A DNA stretch of 61,625 nucleotides, filler included, from Basidiobolus meristosporus CBS 931.73 (Eukaryota > Fungi > Basidiobolomycota), in assembly GCA_002104905.1 (NCBI GenBank). It is 3 parts of 3 records of this genome, joined end to end, with 100 filler letters (N's around TTAATTAATTAA, not from the genome) between each part and the next. Parts side by side here need not be neighbours in the genome. Positions count along the whole stretch, not along the records: positions 50,393 to 61,625 come from MCFE01001278.1; 2 more parts are not named here. The stretch is one strand, 5' to 3'. Under the pieces are notes generated by a model that searched no databases, was not told the DNA's origin, and saw nothing but the letters and a program-made list of their open reading frames with translations. Shown here one piece after another: positions 51,009 through 61,625 of this stretch. The position numbers were made by a program, and so were the translations under genes. Numbering within the stretch: position 1 is the stretch's first letter; every line of letters starts with the position of its first letter.

Positions 51009-53537
51009 TGTTGTAAGAGTCTTGGAGATGTTGGAAGTGATTTGGAGAACAAATAGATTATGTGGTATTCACTTAATGATTGATTGAATGTAATAGTAGT
51101 ACTTATACTTTTACATGATCTTGGCATTACAAACACGTAGAATAGGTTAAGGAAGGTCCCAAGAACATGTGTGCAGTACAAACACATACAATAGGCTAAG
51201 AAAGGTCCCATCAACACATGTGGATAGTTTGGGGCTTTTTGAACAATTTTGAGAATTTTATGTTCTGGGTACCTGGTATTTTGGTGAAAATAATCTAAGT
51301 AAATCCCAAAAAAGGAATTTGTCAGTATTCCCTAGGGTTGAGAGGTAATGATCTGAGTGACTAAGCTTGGCAAATATTTAGGTGGATTACAAATTTTTAC
51401 AACACTCCCACTCAGCTAAATGTTCATACTGACTAGTCCTGATTTTGACCTAAGATATTCAAATATGTCTCTAGCTAATGGCTTGGTAAATATGTCTGCA
51501 ATCATTTCTTCTGTAAGACAGTAAGCTAAGTTGACTAAGTTGTTCTCTGTAGCTGCATATACAAAATGATGTCTAGTACTTATGTGCTTAGTTCTAGAAT
51601 GAAAAGTTGGATTTGTACCTAATTGTTCCCATCCTTGATTATTTTGAAATAAAGTAATAGGTGCTATTTAACATAAGCCTAAATCTTTAAAAGCTTCCTT
51701 AACAGCAACACTTCTTTTGTAGCCTCACAGGCTGCCATATGCTCTGCCTCTGTGGTAGAAAGTGCTACAGTTGGTTGCTTTCTTGAATTCCATGAAATTG
51801 CTCCTTTACAGTAAAGAACAGTGTTTCCTGTGGTGGATCTTATGTCCCCAATCAGCATCATAGTATCCCACAAGATCATGTCCTGAAACCATATAAGTGT
51901 ATCTTGAGCATATATCAGCAGTTCCTTTTAGGTATTGGAAAATCCATGTAACTGATGCAATTTGATCAGATTCATAGTTCTGATTATTCTGGCTGATAAC
52001 TCCCACTAAATATGAGATATCTGAATGTGTTTCAAGCATAATATACATCAGACTGCTAAACACAAATTGGTTAGGGAGCTCTTGACTTTTAATTGGCACC
52101 ACACTTTCTTGCTTTGGTTGCATATTGATCAAGTTAAGGTTTATCTTCATTGCGGCATCTGCTGGTTTACAATCATCCATTTGGTACTGCTTGAGTACAT
52201 CTTAAGTCTACTTGGACTGACTTGGTGTGATAGTATGGATGCTTTAGTATATGGAGAATCTTATCCTTAGGTGGTAACTGATTTCTGACAGATCAGAAAT
52301 TATAAACTCCATTGATAGGCTGGTTTTGGTCTGTTCCTTGGTATCTTGGTTGTTGGTGGTCATAATATGAACCTCCCCATTTAGAGCCAATAGAGCTGGA
52401 TATGCCCTATCTGGCTTACAGTAGATACTGTAGTCAGCAGTACTCCTTTGGTAGCTCAATGCTTCCAAATATGAATATAACTTGCAATTCCAGGCACTTG
52501 ATGATTGTTTGAGACCATAGAGAGATTCTTTAAGCTTGCAGACCAATTGGGGTTATCTGATCAACAAACCCATCAGGCTGGTTGATGAATATGTCCTCAT
52601 TAGGTTCTTTATGCAAAAATGCAGTTCTTGCATCCATTTGGTTAAAGAAAAACATATATCTGGCTGCAATTGCCAACTATGATCTGATGTAATAAAACTT
52701 AGCTACTGGTGCAAAAGCCGCAGTAAAGTCAAGTCTATTTGCCTTAGGGTATCCTTTGGCCACATGTCTTGCTTTATATTTAGTAATTGAACCATTGACC
52801 TTGTATTCAGTATTGAGGACCCTTCTGCATTCACTGGATATTTAGTTGATTGCTACTTTTACCAAGTCCCCGGTTTGATTTTCCATCAAGGCTTGATATT
52901 AGGCACTCATTGCAGATCTCTAAAGCATTGTCTGAAGGTTATTTGGGGCTTCTTTAGCAGTCCAAGGCTCATCTACATGGACTGAATAGGCATAGGACAA
53001 GTTTGTACCCTGATTACTAAAGTAATTTGGGCTATTTTTGGTCCAGTTAGATCTCCTGATTGTAATACAGGTATGATCATTTCTAGGATATTTGTAGACA
53101 CTAATTCAAGCCAAAACATGGATGTAGAGTCCTCTGAAGTGAAAAAATTCATATTGTTTTACTCTTATTTGATGCTGAGCATTGGTGGACTTGAGATCAG
53201 ATGTTTGTCATCATCTGATGTCATTTTTTGTGAAAATTTTGAGTTTTCATTGAGCAACACATCCCTGGACTTGATCAGCTTCTCTACTTTGGTATTGCAG
53301 AGTCTGTATGCCTTACTCTCATTGCAGTAGCCCATAAATAGGCATTTACATTTTTTTGCTCAAATTTTGACTGATGACCAGGCAGTTTCTTGACACATGC
53401 TGCACACCCAAATACTCTCAGATGTTCTGCCCTTTGTCTATGTCCATATCATGTTCCAAATGGAGTAGAATCACAAAGTTGTCTGCTATAACTCCTATTT
53501 TTAAGGTGTACAGCTCCAGCACTGAATATGCCTAAAG
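51009..53537 (-). mobile_element. Copia C2, 3' part, decayed (3' LTR 51009-51404)
   Basis: LTR with a small internal duplication, PPT, then RH, RT and IN-tail remnants. Confidence 0.85.
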
Positions 53538-55560
53538 TGTTGTAAGAGTCTTGGAGATACTGAAAGTGATTGAGAGATCAAGTAGATTATGTGGTTTTCA
53601 CTTAATCCTTTGTTGAATGCAAAGTAGTATTAAACTTTTGCATGGTCTTGGAGTAGCAAACTTATAGAATAGACTTGTTCTATTGGATAGTGCCACATTG
53701 AGCCATGAGTGCAAAATGATACCATAGTGTGCCAGAGAGGTCAAGTGAGCCTATAATTGGCCACAGAGTGTCAAGCATAGCTCTGCATCTACATGTAAAG
53801 CAGCCCCTGTGTTTCACTCATTGCGCAGGAGAAAATCCATTTTTTGACCTTTTTTTGTGGATCAATGTAGCCCAGGATGTGTAAGTGCACTGGAGAACTG
53901 AAGATATGCATCTGGTACTCAATACCCATGGCACTCTGAATCTAGCTCCTGTAGCTTGTATCATGTCACAAAAATGAATGGCACTATCTTGGTCCACTGG
54001 TACTATCTGGCACTATAAGTGCTTTGTATAGATCTTACTTTAGGGTTAATATTTAAATATAGTGCCAGATAGTACCAGTGGACCAAGATAGTGCCATTCA
54101 TTTTTGTGACATGATACAAGCTACAGGAGCTAGATTCAGAGTGCCATGGGTATTGAGTACCAGATGCATATCTTCAATCTGCTTGTGCTCTAACACATCC
54201 TGCGCAACATTGATCCAAAAAAAAAGGTCAAAAAATGGATTTTCTCCAACACAATGGGTGAAACAAAGGGGCTGCTTTGCATGAAGATGCGGAGCTATGT
54301 TTCACACTCTGTGGCCAGGTAGAGGCTCAATTGGCCTCTCTGGCACACTATGGCATCATTTGGCACTCATGGCTCAATGTGGCACTATCCAACGGAACAA
54401 GTCTAATATCTTTAGGAAGGTCCCAAGAACATGTGTGCAAAGCTTAGGGCAGTACAAACAACTTCAAAAATTTTCATATTCTGAGTACCTGGTATTTTGT
54501 TGAGAATTTTTAAGTAAATCTCAACAAGGGATTTGGTCAGTATTCCCTAGGATTTGAATGTAATGATCTAGGTGACTAAGTTAGGTGAATATTAAGGTGG
54601 AATTACAAATTTTCACAACACTCCCACTCAACTAAATGTTCATACTGACTAGTCCTAACACTGATACAAGATATTCAAGCTTGTCTCTAGCTAATTGTTT
54701 GGTAAATATATCTGCAATCATTTCATCTGTAAGACAGTAAGCTAAGCTGACTAAGTTATTCTCTGTGGATTCATGTATGAAATGATGTCTAATATCTATG
54801 TGCTTAGTCAAGCATGAAGAGTTGGATTTCTTCCTAATTGTATACATGCTTGATTATCTTTAAATAAAGTGAAAGGCATTTTTTGACATTGATCTAAATC
54901 TGTAGGAAGCTTTGTTAACCACATTGCTTCTTTTGTAGCTTCACAGAATGTTGTATACTCTGCCTCAGTGGAGGAAATTGCTACAGTTGGTTGCTTTCTT
55001 GAATTCCATAGAATTGCCCCTTGTTGGTAAAGAAAGGTGTGTACTGTGGTGGATTTTCTGTCTTCCAAATTTTGCCATTAATCAGCATCAGAGTATCCCA
55101 CAAGATCCTGCTCTAAATCCTTATAAGTGTATCTTAAGCAGATATTAGCGTTCCTTTCAGATATCTAAAATATGCTTAACAGCTGCAATATGATCAGATC
55201 CACAGTTCTGATAATGCAGGCTGACAACTTCCACTGAATACAAGATATCTGGATGTGATCCAAGCTTGATTTACATCAGACTGCCAATCATAGACTGATA
55301 AGGAAAGTCTGGGCTTTCTGATGGCACCAAGCTCTCTTGATTTGGTTGAGTTTTGACCAAGTTAAGGTTTGTCTCCATTGGGGTTGCTGCTGGTTTACAG
55401 TCCTCCTTTTGATACTACTTTAGTATATCTAGAATATACTTGGATTGGCTAAGGGTGATAGTATGGGTACTTGTGTTTACAGGGTACTTTATCTCTAAGT
55501 AGTAACTGAGTTCTCCCAGATTGGACATCTTGAACTCTTTGGATAGGCTGGATTTAGCCC
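53538..55560 (-). mobile_element. Copia C2, 3' part (3' LTR 53538-54620, split by the MITE)
   Basis: The LTR halves rejoin at TAGAAT; RH ORFs at 54632-55068. Confidence 0.85.
53671..54404. mobile_element. Palindromic MITE (734 bp) with Harbinger-family TIR and AAT TSD
   Basis: AGACTTGTTCTATTGGATAGTGCCAC...GTGGCACTATCCAACGGAACAAGTCT; AAT at 53668-53670 and 54405-54407; inverted arms around a 40-bp loop. Confidence 0.95.
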
Positions 55561-55571
55561 TATGAAAAATA

Positions 55572-58500
55572 ATTTGGTCCTGTGGGTGGATCCAATCTGG
55601 ATCAGCCATCACAATCCCTTCTGGAGACTGTCATCACACCAGCAACTTGGAATTACTGACCCTCTTTACAATCTTATGATGGGATCATAACAGTGCTTTG
55701 CTGATTTTACTGCCAAATAAAGTTATAAAACTTGACAGGGTTTGATTGGTGCTGTGGCAATAATTGCATGGCATTGTTGCAGTCTTAATGCCCTCTACAA
55801 CTATTTTAAATGGATCTAACTGGTCAGGACATCCAATTACTTAATATGGCAAAAACCTTGACAGTATTTCATTGGCCTCACTGCAAGACTCTGATGGTAT
55901 TATTACTGCAGTATGGTGGCCTACAGCTAGTTCTATATAATGCTACCATACCAATTTACCAAATAGTACTTGTTTTATCTACCTCCCCTTGTGCAAATCA
56001 TATAATCCACTGTAGAATCACCCATCTTTATTTGCTTACTCACTACTACCTGGGGTATTCCACATATAGTTTGAATCAAGAAACTATGACCTCCTGCTTA
56101 CTAACCTATACAAATGTGCATACCTGCCACAATTGACATACTTCTATCACCTCAACTGTAGAGCTTTTCAGTGTGAAACTTGCAAAGTTGCCATATATCT
56201 TGTATTGCTGGTAACATATACATCTTGCAAACATATGCTGGGTTGCCACCACTTCTGCCATGAATACCTCCTGAATATCAGCAAAGAACTTCTTGGTATT
56301 TAGCCAATATATTCCTTCTCCCTGCTGGATTTTAGTCCCCCTTATAGGTGCACTCTGGCTCTTGTTTGTGTGAATTCTGTATTGAATGGTATAGATGTTG
56401 GCTTGTGACCAAGAGAAATCCAGCATACTATGGTAGAGATTTCCTAATAAAACTTAGTTGCTTGTTGCACCCAACCCAACTTTGCATTACTTAGCTGATT
56501 GCCCACGCATTGGGGCTGCTTAGCCTCTTAATGCCATAGGCATAGGTGTCTCCATGTGCACATTTGTCCTTGGTCTGATAAAAATCAGTTGCGTGTTGCA
56601 CCCAACCCAACTTGGCATTACTTAACTGATCACCCACACATTTGGGCTGCTTAGCTTCTTAATGCCATAAACATATGTGTCTTCATGTGCATGTCTGTCC
56701 TGAATATTTTCCAGCTCTTCCTGGCTGTCCTCCACATGCCAACTCATCACATCCAAGATGGACTTGAAGGTAATATTCTTGATGAGATTGGGATATGGTA
56801 GTACCTGCAACTTGACTTCTCTTCCTATTTCCCCCACACCTGCTCCATAGGAAACTCCCAAAAGGTGAAGCAAGGTCCAATATTCCCCACACACCAAGCA
56901 AGATGGAGTAGAAAATGGATACAGTAGCAGCAGAGATCAACATGCTCAGGTTTATGCTTGTAGCATAGCCGCTCAAGTCCCGTTACAAACTCCTTGCATA
57001 ACAGCTGTAGATGTGTCAAGTTGGCATTGGTGATCTGCTTCTGGTTAGTATTCCTACAATATCCACATATGACTCACAGTGCTTCCAATGTACTCTTGGT
57101 AGGAATGGTGTCAGAATGTCACTTGAATAAATATATATCCAGTTCATCCGGTCTTTGCATTTGTATTGTTGCATATGCATATGAATATTGATTGGAGCCT
57201 GTGAAAAGTACTTAGGGTAGTGGATATTCTGTAATATCTTGCCAGTTTTTTCAAATTTCTTTGGTAAGTCACAGGGCTCTTTTAGCTTCAAATGCCCCCA
57301 TGTACAACTTGGTCATCAGTATAGGGATATTGTTAAAAGCAAATGCATTGCTACAAGTGGAAAGGGTTTGCCCCCAACAGATACCCTCTATCTTGAGTAT
57401 CTCCAGTTTTCAATTGATTCCATATTCCAACCAATGGCTTATAGCTTGCCAACTTTGCTGCAATTGCATGCTGACTTCTGTATGTTCTCTCTGTGGGAAG
57501 ATGATGTTCTTAGTGTTAGTGTTTGGGTAATAATAATGTGTGTGAGTTATGGAATAAATCCTCTAGATCTCACACAGTTGGACAGCAATACTGTCCATTA
57601 TGGCCCAGAAAAACCTGCTATAATGCTGATGGCTGGGGTATCTCCAATGTAGAAAATAATATGCACTTTTACATGACAGCCATTGACTGAAATCCTGCTG
57701 GAAAGCATACAAAATTGATCCAGCAATGGATAAAAGTAGCTTTCCAGGTTGGACAGTGATTTAGGCCCAGATACCAGTGAGACTAGTATTGGATTTTTGC
57801 TCTGATACCATAAGAGGGGAGGCAGATTCAAATTGCAAAGAAACAGTGGCCCAGCAGGATTTGCTGGTAGATTACTTGTTTAATGAGAATCCATCAGGTG
57901 CTAAGGCAAAGGCATGGTCATACATACCTTCAAAGTAACCATTGCTTCTTAGCTCTTTGTAATGTTTGCCATCCAATACATTGGATATGCTTGCACTAGA
58001 CTGATACTGAGTGTAGTACTTGATTGCTTTCCAATATCTGTTAGACTGCATTAACTTCTTTAGACAGGATGTTACTGGAATATATCCAGTGTGTGAACAA
58101 TCTTTTCCCTCAATGGTGGTGAATTCCTGACAGTTTAGACACATTGCAATGGTAGCATTTTTGCATGGGAATGCCATGCAACTCTTAAAGCATGCTGGAA
58201 TCAGGACAGTCTCTGGGTCATATGTTGCCAGCCACATGATGGCTGTCTGCTTGTACCATGTATATGGTAAGTTGCATGATGGAATGATTTTGGCAAGAAG
58301 TAGTAATAAATCCTCAAAGCCCCCATTACCAATATTAGTGGAAATGAGTAACTTCTCTAGCCACAACATTGCATCATTCATTAGTAGTAGATTACTGGGC
58401 TCACTTGGCCCCATAGAGTATTCTTGACAATTATTTCAATGGGTATTGTCTCTTTGCATATTAGGATTTGACCAGGCTCATATGTGGTACTATTGTTAGG

Positions 58501-59389
58501 GGAGATAGGCTCACAATCCGTCAATGAGCCTTCTTTATCAGAGCTATCACTCTGCACACCATATCCAGAAGGCTGAGGTGAGCCTAAAGGTGTCACAAAC
58601 TCACCTGACACAGTTTGCACAAGGTGACAAAGATGGCCAGGTGCTGAAATAGAAGTATCAAGTGGCCAGCAACATAATGTTGGTACAGTAGAGATTGACT
58701 AATGGTCAAACATGACTTGTGTTGCAAAACACTGGCTGTGATCCTTGTAGTACTTCCTATGCTGTCTACATGCTTCATGGCAGAGATGCTTGCTACAATA
58801 GCCACATGGTCTTTTTTTCTTTTATCTTACACCATTGTATCATAGTAATCTTGTCCATGGGGCAAACAGTTTGACAATCACCAATGTGATGGTAACATAT
58901 CACTTTTTTGTTAATACTCATGGGAATTTAAGACAGTCTTGTATCTGAGACATTGCATCTACAAGAACATAAGATGCAATGATGGCCTGCTATAGTAAGC
59001 TTTATAAATAAAGTTGTGGCACCACATACACACCTATAAGCAAGACTATCTTCCATTTGGTTTGACTTACTTACTTATATATACTGCCAAAAGATAAGGC
59101 AAAGTTGCCTGGTTCCCTACCAAAGCCACCACTGACGGCAGCAGAAGTACAGTTGGACAGCAGCTTGCTTTAACATTCAGTGCAACAAGCAGGGCTACAA
59201 CCATAAAAGGCCCAGCAGACAGTGTGCCAGCAGAAGGGAATAATGTAGACTCCTCAGGCTCTCACTCAAGTAGGCAATTGGGAATCTCTGCATAGCTACA
59301 AGCTTACCATACTGCTGAGGCAGAAGAGAATGTAGCAAAAGCAATACCCTTAGGTGAAGACCAGCAGGTAGCTGTCATAATATTACCAC
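55572..59389 (-). mobile_element. Tnp2-type element, copy 3 (transposase pseudogene about 58870-55900 on minus; accessory gene start about 59090-59389 on plus)
   Basis: VLDGKHY, APDGF, MNLPPLL, IGDTPAI and WEFPME motifs; N-terminal CGYCSKHLCHEACRQH; colinear with 39746-42697. Confidence 0.88.
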
Positions 59390-59755
59390 TGTTACAAGTC
59401 TTTGTATAAGAGTTATAGAGGAATATGGAGTTTAGATAGTATTGTATTCACTAAAACTTGAACTGATCTTTATTGAGATTCCAGCAGCTCCTTATATACA
59501 TTTTGCCAGATCAGTTGCTGACTAATTGTATTTCCTAATGTAGGCTGTGGCTGATGACTCATTTGATTGCATTATCATCACCTAATAAGATCCTACCTAA
59601 TATATCTATTTCTGTCTGATAAGGATCTGCTGATTCATTTGCTGGTTAATGCTACTGATTTGATAGATAATACTGATATACTGATAACCTAAACATATAA
59701 CTAATTGATTTGACTAAAAGCTGATCTAACTTAAACATTCAAGCGGCAGATTACA
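59390..59755 (-). repeat. G1 3' LTR (366 bp)
   Basis: TGTAA...TGTAACA on the minus strand, after the PPT GCAGGGGAGAAC. Confidence 0.9.
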
Positions 59756-61625
59756 ATGTTCTCCCCTGCAAAAGTTGAGAGGGTTCTCCTGAATCTCTTT
59801 TCTTATGATACCAATATCTTGATGGTTCAGTATTATCAGCAAGTCTTGCAAGCTTGAGTCTGTCCCTATGCACTAAGTCTTCCCAGATATTGCCTTGTTT
59901 GTCCTCTAGTTGATAAGTTGCAAATGGACATTCTCTGATGATCTTGAATGGTCCTGTCCATTGTGGCGCATACATCTTCCAAGTGTTGTTTCTTAGCAAT
60001 ACAAAGTCCCCAACTGTCAATGCTTCTGGTGCTATAGTCTTTTCAAATCTCTGTTTCATCTTTTCTGCACTTTGAGATACTTTGGTGTGTGCCTCTTGAT
60101 GTCTTTGTTCCAGTTGCTGGTGTCTACTTGACTGACTGAGTTCATTTTCTAAGGTGTCTGTCAGCTTTGGTTGTGTGAGATCTCCTGGAATCCTTGGTTC
60201 ACATCTATACACCAAGTAAAATGGTAAATGCTGGGTGGTGTTGTGTACTCTGACTCTGCATGCAAAGAGTGCTTCGTCTATATACTCATCCCATCTACTG
60301 ACAACTCCATTTGCATACTTGGTCAGCATTTTTCCAAATAATTCACTGAACTGTTCAGTGACTCCATTAGCTTTGGGGTAATATGCCAAGATTTTCAAGT
60401 GTTTGATTTGCTGCATTTCCAGGTAAGCTTCCAATGTCTTCGCCATAAAGTTTGCACCTCTATTGGATAGAATCTCTACAGGGCATTCAAACTTTATAAA
60501 GATCGCATGGTAGATGAAACTTGCAACTTCATGTGCACTTGCCATAGGTACAGATTTAGCCACTGGCCATTTAGTGGCATGGTCAATTGCTACTAGGATC
60601 CAATGGCTGTATTTCCTGGTAGTTGGCAGTCTTTCAATAAAGTCAATTCCCAATCTTTCAAATGGTCTTACAGGCTCCAAGGGAAAAAGTTCAGCAATTC
60701 CCTGTGGTTGGCCTTGGTTGATTTGGCAATTTGAGCATGTTTTCACCAGCTTCACAATGTCATGTTTCATTCTGGGCCACCATGCTCTGGCTTTCACAAG
60801 GCTATAGGTTCCTTCAATTCCAAGATATCCATATCCATTGTGTAGCTTATGTATTAAATCCTGGTAAGAAACATAAGGGCAATAGGCAAAGGGCTTCCAT
60901 CAACAATTTGGTAGAGTTTTTCATCCTGTACTACAAATTTGCTGGCTTCATCCTGGATTATCTTCTTGATATCTTCATCCACATCATTAGTAATGGCTTG
61001 GCCCTCCAAGTACTTTGATAATAGGCTAGGCCAATCTGATTCATGTGCCAAGTTGAGTTGTGCAACTTGATCTAATCTGGATAAGGCATCAGCAACTGTG
61101 TTATTTTTTGCAGGGCAATACACTATCTCTAAATCAAATTGCTGAATGTATTCACTCCATCTTGCCATTCTTCTAGAGAGTACCTTCTGAGTAAATATAT
61201 ACTTGAGGGAGGCATGATCAGTCTTTACAGTGCATTTGACTCCTTCAGTATAGCATCTCCATGTCTTCAAACAGTGTATTATAGCAAGCATCTCCTTCTC
61301 ATGCACTGGATAGTTTTGGTCTGCTGAGCTCAGTTTCTTGGATTTGAAGGCAACTGGGTAGCTCTTTCCCTTGTGCTTTTGGCTCAACACTCCACCAATT
61401 GCATAATCTGAAGCATCTGTGCAAATAGTAAACTCTTTTCTGAAGTCAGGTATTCTTAAGCTTGGCAGCTTAGCAAGTTCATTCTTGAGCATCTGGAAGG
61501 CAGTTTCACAAGCTATGTCCTACTTGTAGGTATTGTCTTTCTTGAGGATATCAGTTAAAGGGGCTGCAATACTTGCAAAGGACTTGACAAATCTCCAACA
61601 ATAGGAAACCATTCCAAGGAATGAT
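59751..61625 (-). pseudogene. pol: Gypsy G1 pol (RT end, RNase H, integrase without chromodomain), broken by a stop/frameshift
   Basis: CTDASDYAIGGVL and NYPVHEKEMLAII (RH); GIDF, YPKANGVTEQ and WTGPF (IN). Confidence 0.92.

Noticed and set aside
54036-54048. TTTAGGG in the MITE loop as telomeric sequence
   Set aside because: Single unit, no tandem array.
90-61327. Numerous 60-140 aa ORFs antisense or off-frame to TE genes (e.g. 5779-6201, 7606-7941, 8854-9135, 60514-60807)
   Set aside because: Shadow frames of transposase or pol sequence, with no independent motifs.
1-61625. Classical RIP (CpA>TpA)
   Set aside because: CA/TG dinucleotides are plentiful and the diagnostic changes are mostly at CpG; a few CAA>TAA/CAG>TAG stops are not enough.

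Overview
Eukaryotic nested transposon cluster, probably fungal (the copia PBS matches the fungal-type tRNAiMet anticodon arm). No host gene, rRNA, tRNA or CRISPR array is recognisable. Contents: (i) three copies of a PHIS/Harbinger-type DNA transposon with AGACTTGTTC TIRs, 3-bp ATT target duplication, a DDE_Tnp_4-like transposase and a divergent Myb/SANT-like ORF2; (ii) a 734-bp palindromic MITE with the same TIR; (iii) three decayed copies plus a fragment of a CACTA/En-Spm (Tnp2, Transposase_21-like) element with a divergent uncharacterised accessory gene; (iv) two Ty1/copia families (C1, 369-bp LTR; C2, 349-bp LTR); (v) Ty3/gypsy elements: G1 (about 365-bp LTR, no chromodomain), G2 (chromovirus, 521-bp LTR) and a 1071-bp solo LTR; (vi) two 100-bp assembly gaps. 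Most elements are pseudogenised by CpG decay. Two main leads: the Tnp2 element's 3' flank is homologous to the centre of the Harbinger-ended MITE, suggesting two unrelated transposase systems share one set of termini; and the Harbinger transposase ORF is CpG-free with all Arg encoded by AGA/AGG while its partner ORF2 is CpG-rich. Family names C1, C2, G1, G2 are my labels. All alignments and counts were done by eye.
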